From Amphiscolops sp. MND2022 (Eukaryota), in contig OZ076409.1 in the NCBI GenBank assembly GCA_964187785.1, positions 54,624,001 to 54,688,000 on the forward strand: DNA of 64,000 nt, read 5' to 3'. Both the position numbers and the translations under genes were made by a program. Shown here piece by piece: positions 62,261-64,000 of this stretch (positions are counted from its first letter, which is position 1; every line of letters starts with the position of its first letter). The notes below the pieces were generated by a model, which did not search any database, was not told where the DNA came from, and was given only the letters and a program-made list of their open reading frames with translations.

Positions 62261-64000
62261 GAAACAGCAAATCATCGATACTCCAATGTACTTGAGCCAA
62301 TCCTGAATCCGACTGAAATAACCATTCTGTCCAATGATGGAAACCTAATTAGGACAAACTCCCTACTGTATCCTGAGAACGCAGTCACCGGCATGCTTCA
62401 ACTAAGTGACCTTCTACAAGAACCAGGGGACCTTACCTTTTGCCCTGCACAAGTCACATTGCCTGAAGGCAATATTCAAATACCAGTGAATAATTTCATA
62501 GATCACCCCTTTAAACTCAAGAAGGGACTTCTTATTGCTACCTTCTCAGTCATGACACCGGAACAGATGAAATATGTCAAACCGGTCGATCCAGTGTCAA
62601 CCTGGCATTTATTACAAAATGACCAGGAGCAAGCAGCCCTTTGTGTTAGCAGTCTTATCAAGACAAACAAAAATCCGCAAACTCTGAAATCTATTTGTTT
62701 CCTACCCCAGAGAGTCCTGAAAACCCTGAAGAACACACGCCTATCCAAAAAAGAATCTTACGTGAATTGCAGGCATTAAAAGACCTGGAGATCCTTGATC
62801 CCACAATGGACGAGGAATCCAGGGCAAAGTTCCAAGAAGACTTCGACTGGAAAGATTCCACTGTTGCGCCAGAAGAAATAGCGAAGTTTGAAGAATCACC
62901 TGTGGAGTTCCATGATATCTTTGCAAGACGCTGATTTGACATCGGGATGATTGAAGATTTCAAAGTGAAACTGACTCCTAAGAACGATGCCCCAGCTTAC
63001 AGTCAAAGTCTTCCAGCACCGATCCACTTGGAAGATGATATTCTCGTTGAACCATGCTAAGAGCGATGCTGCACAGATATGGTCTTATCACATCTTCCGT
63101 TTTCAAACTATGCTAGTCCAATAGTTGCGCAGAAAAAGCCAAATGAGAAACTCCGACAACTGGATGACTTGAATAAAAATCAACATTTCAATTGCGGATG
63201 ATAATTTAAATAATAAACATCCCGTCAGCACCGTAAAGCCGATGCTGCCCAGCACATGGCAGGGAAAAATTCTTTTTTAAACTGAAATGCTCACAAACAT
63301 ATCATTGCCTGCAGATGGCCGACCAACGCTCAAAACAGATGTAGGCCTTCAGATTTGCTAGCCGCACGTTTGCATACAGACGTTTGGCACAAGGCCTTAG
63401 CAGAGCGCTTTCAGCATTTTCAAGCTTGATGAGAGAATACCTTGGCAAAGTCATCATAGCGGACCAATGTGCTCAATATGTGGACGACATCGGCATTGCG
63501 GCCAATGACGCTGACCACCTCATTGCCATCTGACAGCAACTTTGAAATGCATCCAGGAGGCAGGCCTTAAGTTGACAATGCACGAATGTCATTTTGGTGC
63601 AACAGAAATTGACTTCCTCGACTAACCACAAAAGCAAAATGTAGAGATCATCCTCGAGAAGACCAAACTCCCGAAGTCGAAAAAGGCTTTACAACGCTAT
63701 TTGGGATTCTTGAATTACTACCAAAATTATGTCTCAAGACTGTCCGAACGCCTAGCCCCATTCTACAAGATGCTCAAAAGTGACCAAAAGGTCCTAGTAT
63801 CTAAAGAATTGGTTCAACAATTTGAGGAACTTAACAAAACTCTAGACAAATAATGCGATCTAGCTCTGCAGCAGCCTCTTCGTAACAAGCAGGTTCCCGT
63901 AATGACAGCTGCAAGTTTTGCCGCTGCAGGATATGTGGTACTCATAGAAGACGACCCTAACCAGTGAATTGCCTCACTCCGCAAATCTCATATGCACCGG
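62261..64000 (+). repeat. Tandem duplicate of the Gypsy pol segment ~58810-60540, running off the window
   Basis: Collinear at offset ~3451. Shares deletions and stops with the first copy but has independent substitutions (QYVDD versus QNVDD). Confidence 0.92.

Overview
AT-rich, repeat-dominated eukaryotic (animal-type) genomic DNA. The taxon cannot be fixed from the sequence, and I found no prokaryotic operons or CRISPR arrays. The centrepiece is an 11.45-kb Polinton/Maverick-type endogenous virus-like element (24423-35874) with ~0.7-kb TIRs starting AGTAGT and a 6-bp ATTGGG target-site duplication (TSD). It carries decayed protein-primed PolB, rve integrase and major capsid genes, two different A32/FtsK-like ATPases (one zinc-finger-fused, one apparently membrane-anchored) and a PSAP-motif hydrophobic protein. 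Both TIRs hold a tRNA-like A/B-box cassette, and a GC-rich 12-bp quasi-palindrome (GCGnAGCTnCGC) is scattered, often in frame, through its genes. The element lies in intron 2 of a minus-strand host gene whose three visible exons (54343-54140, 36784-36595, 24103-23837) splice in frame into a signal peptide, PAN/apple and GON-like protein. The remainder is a four-level nested TE stack (TIR element > CACTA/EnSpm-like > Gypsy > non-autonomous BEL/Pao), an older PolB relic, LINE fragments, Helentron-like (HINE) short elements, a ~5-kb higher-order tandem array between two of them, a decayed Copia, a BEL/Pao relic and a decayed Gypsy with a duplicated pol region. All protein-family calls come from reading motifs by eye; no searches were run.
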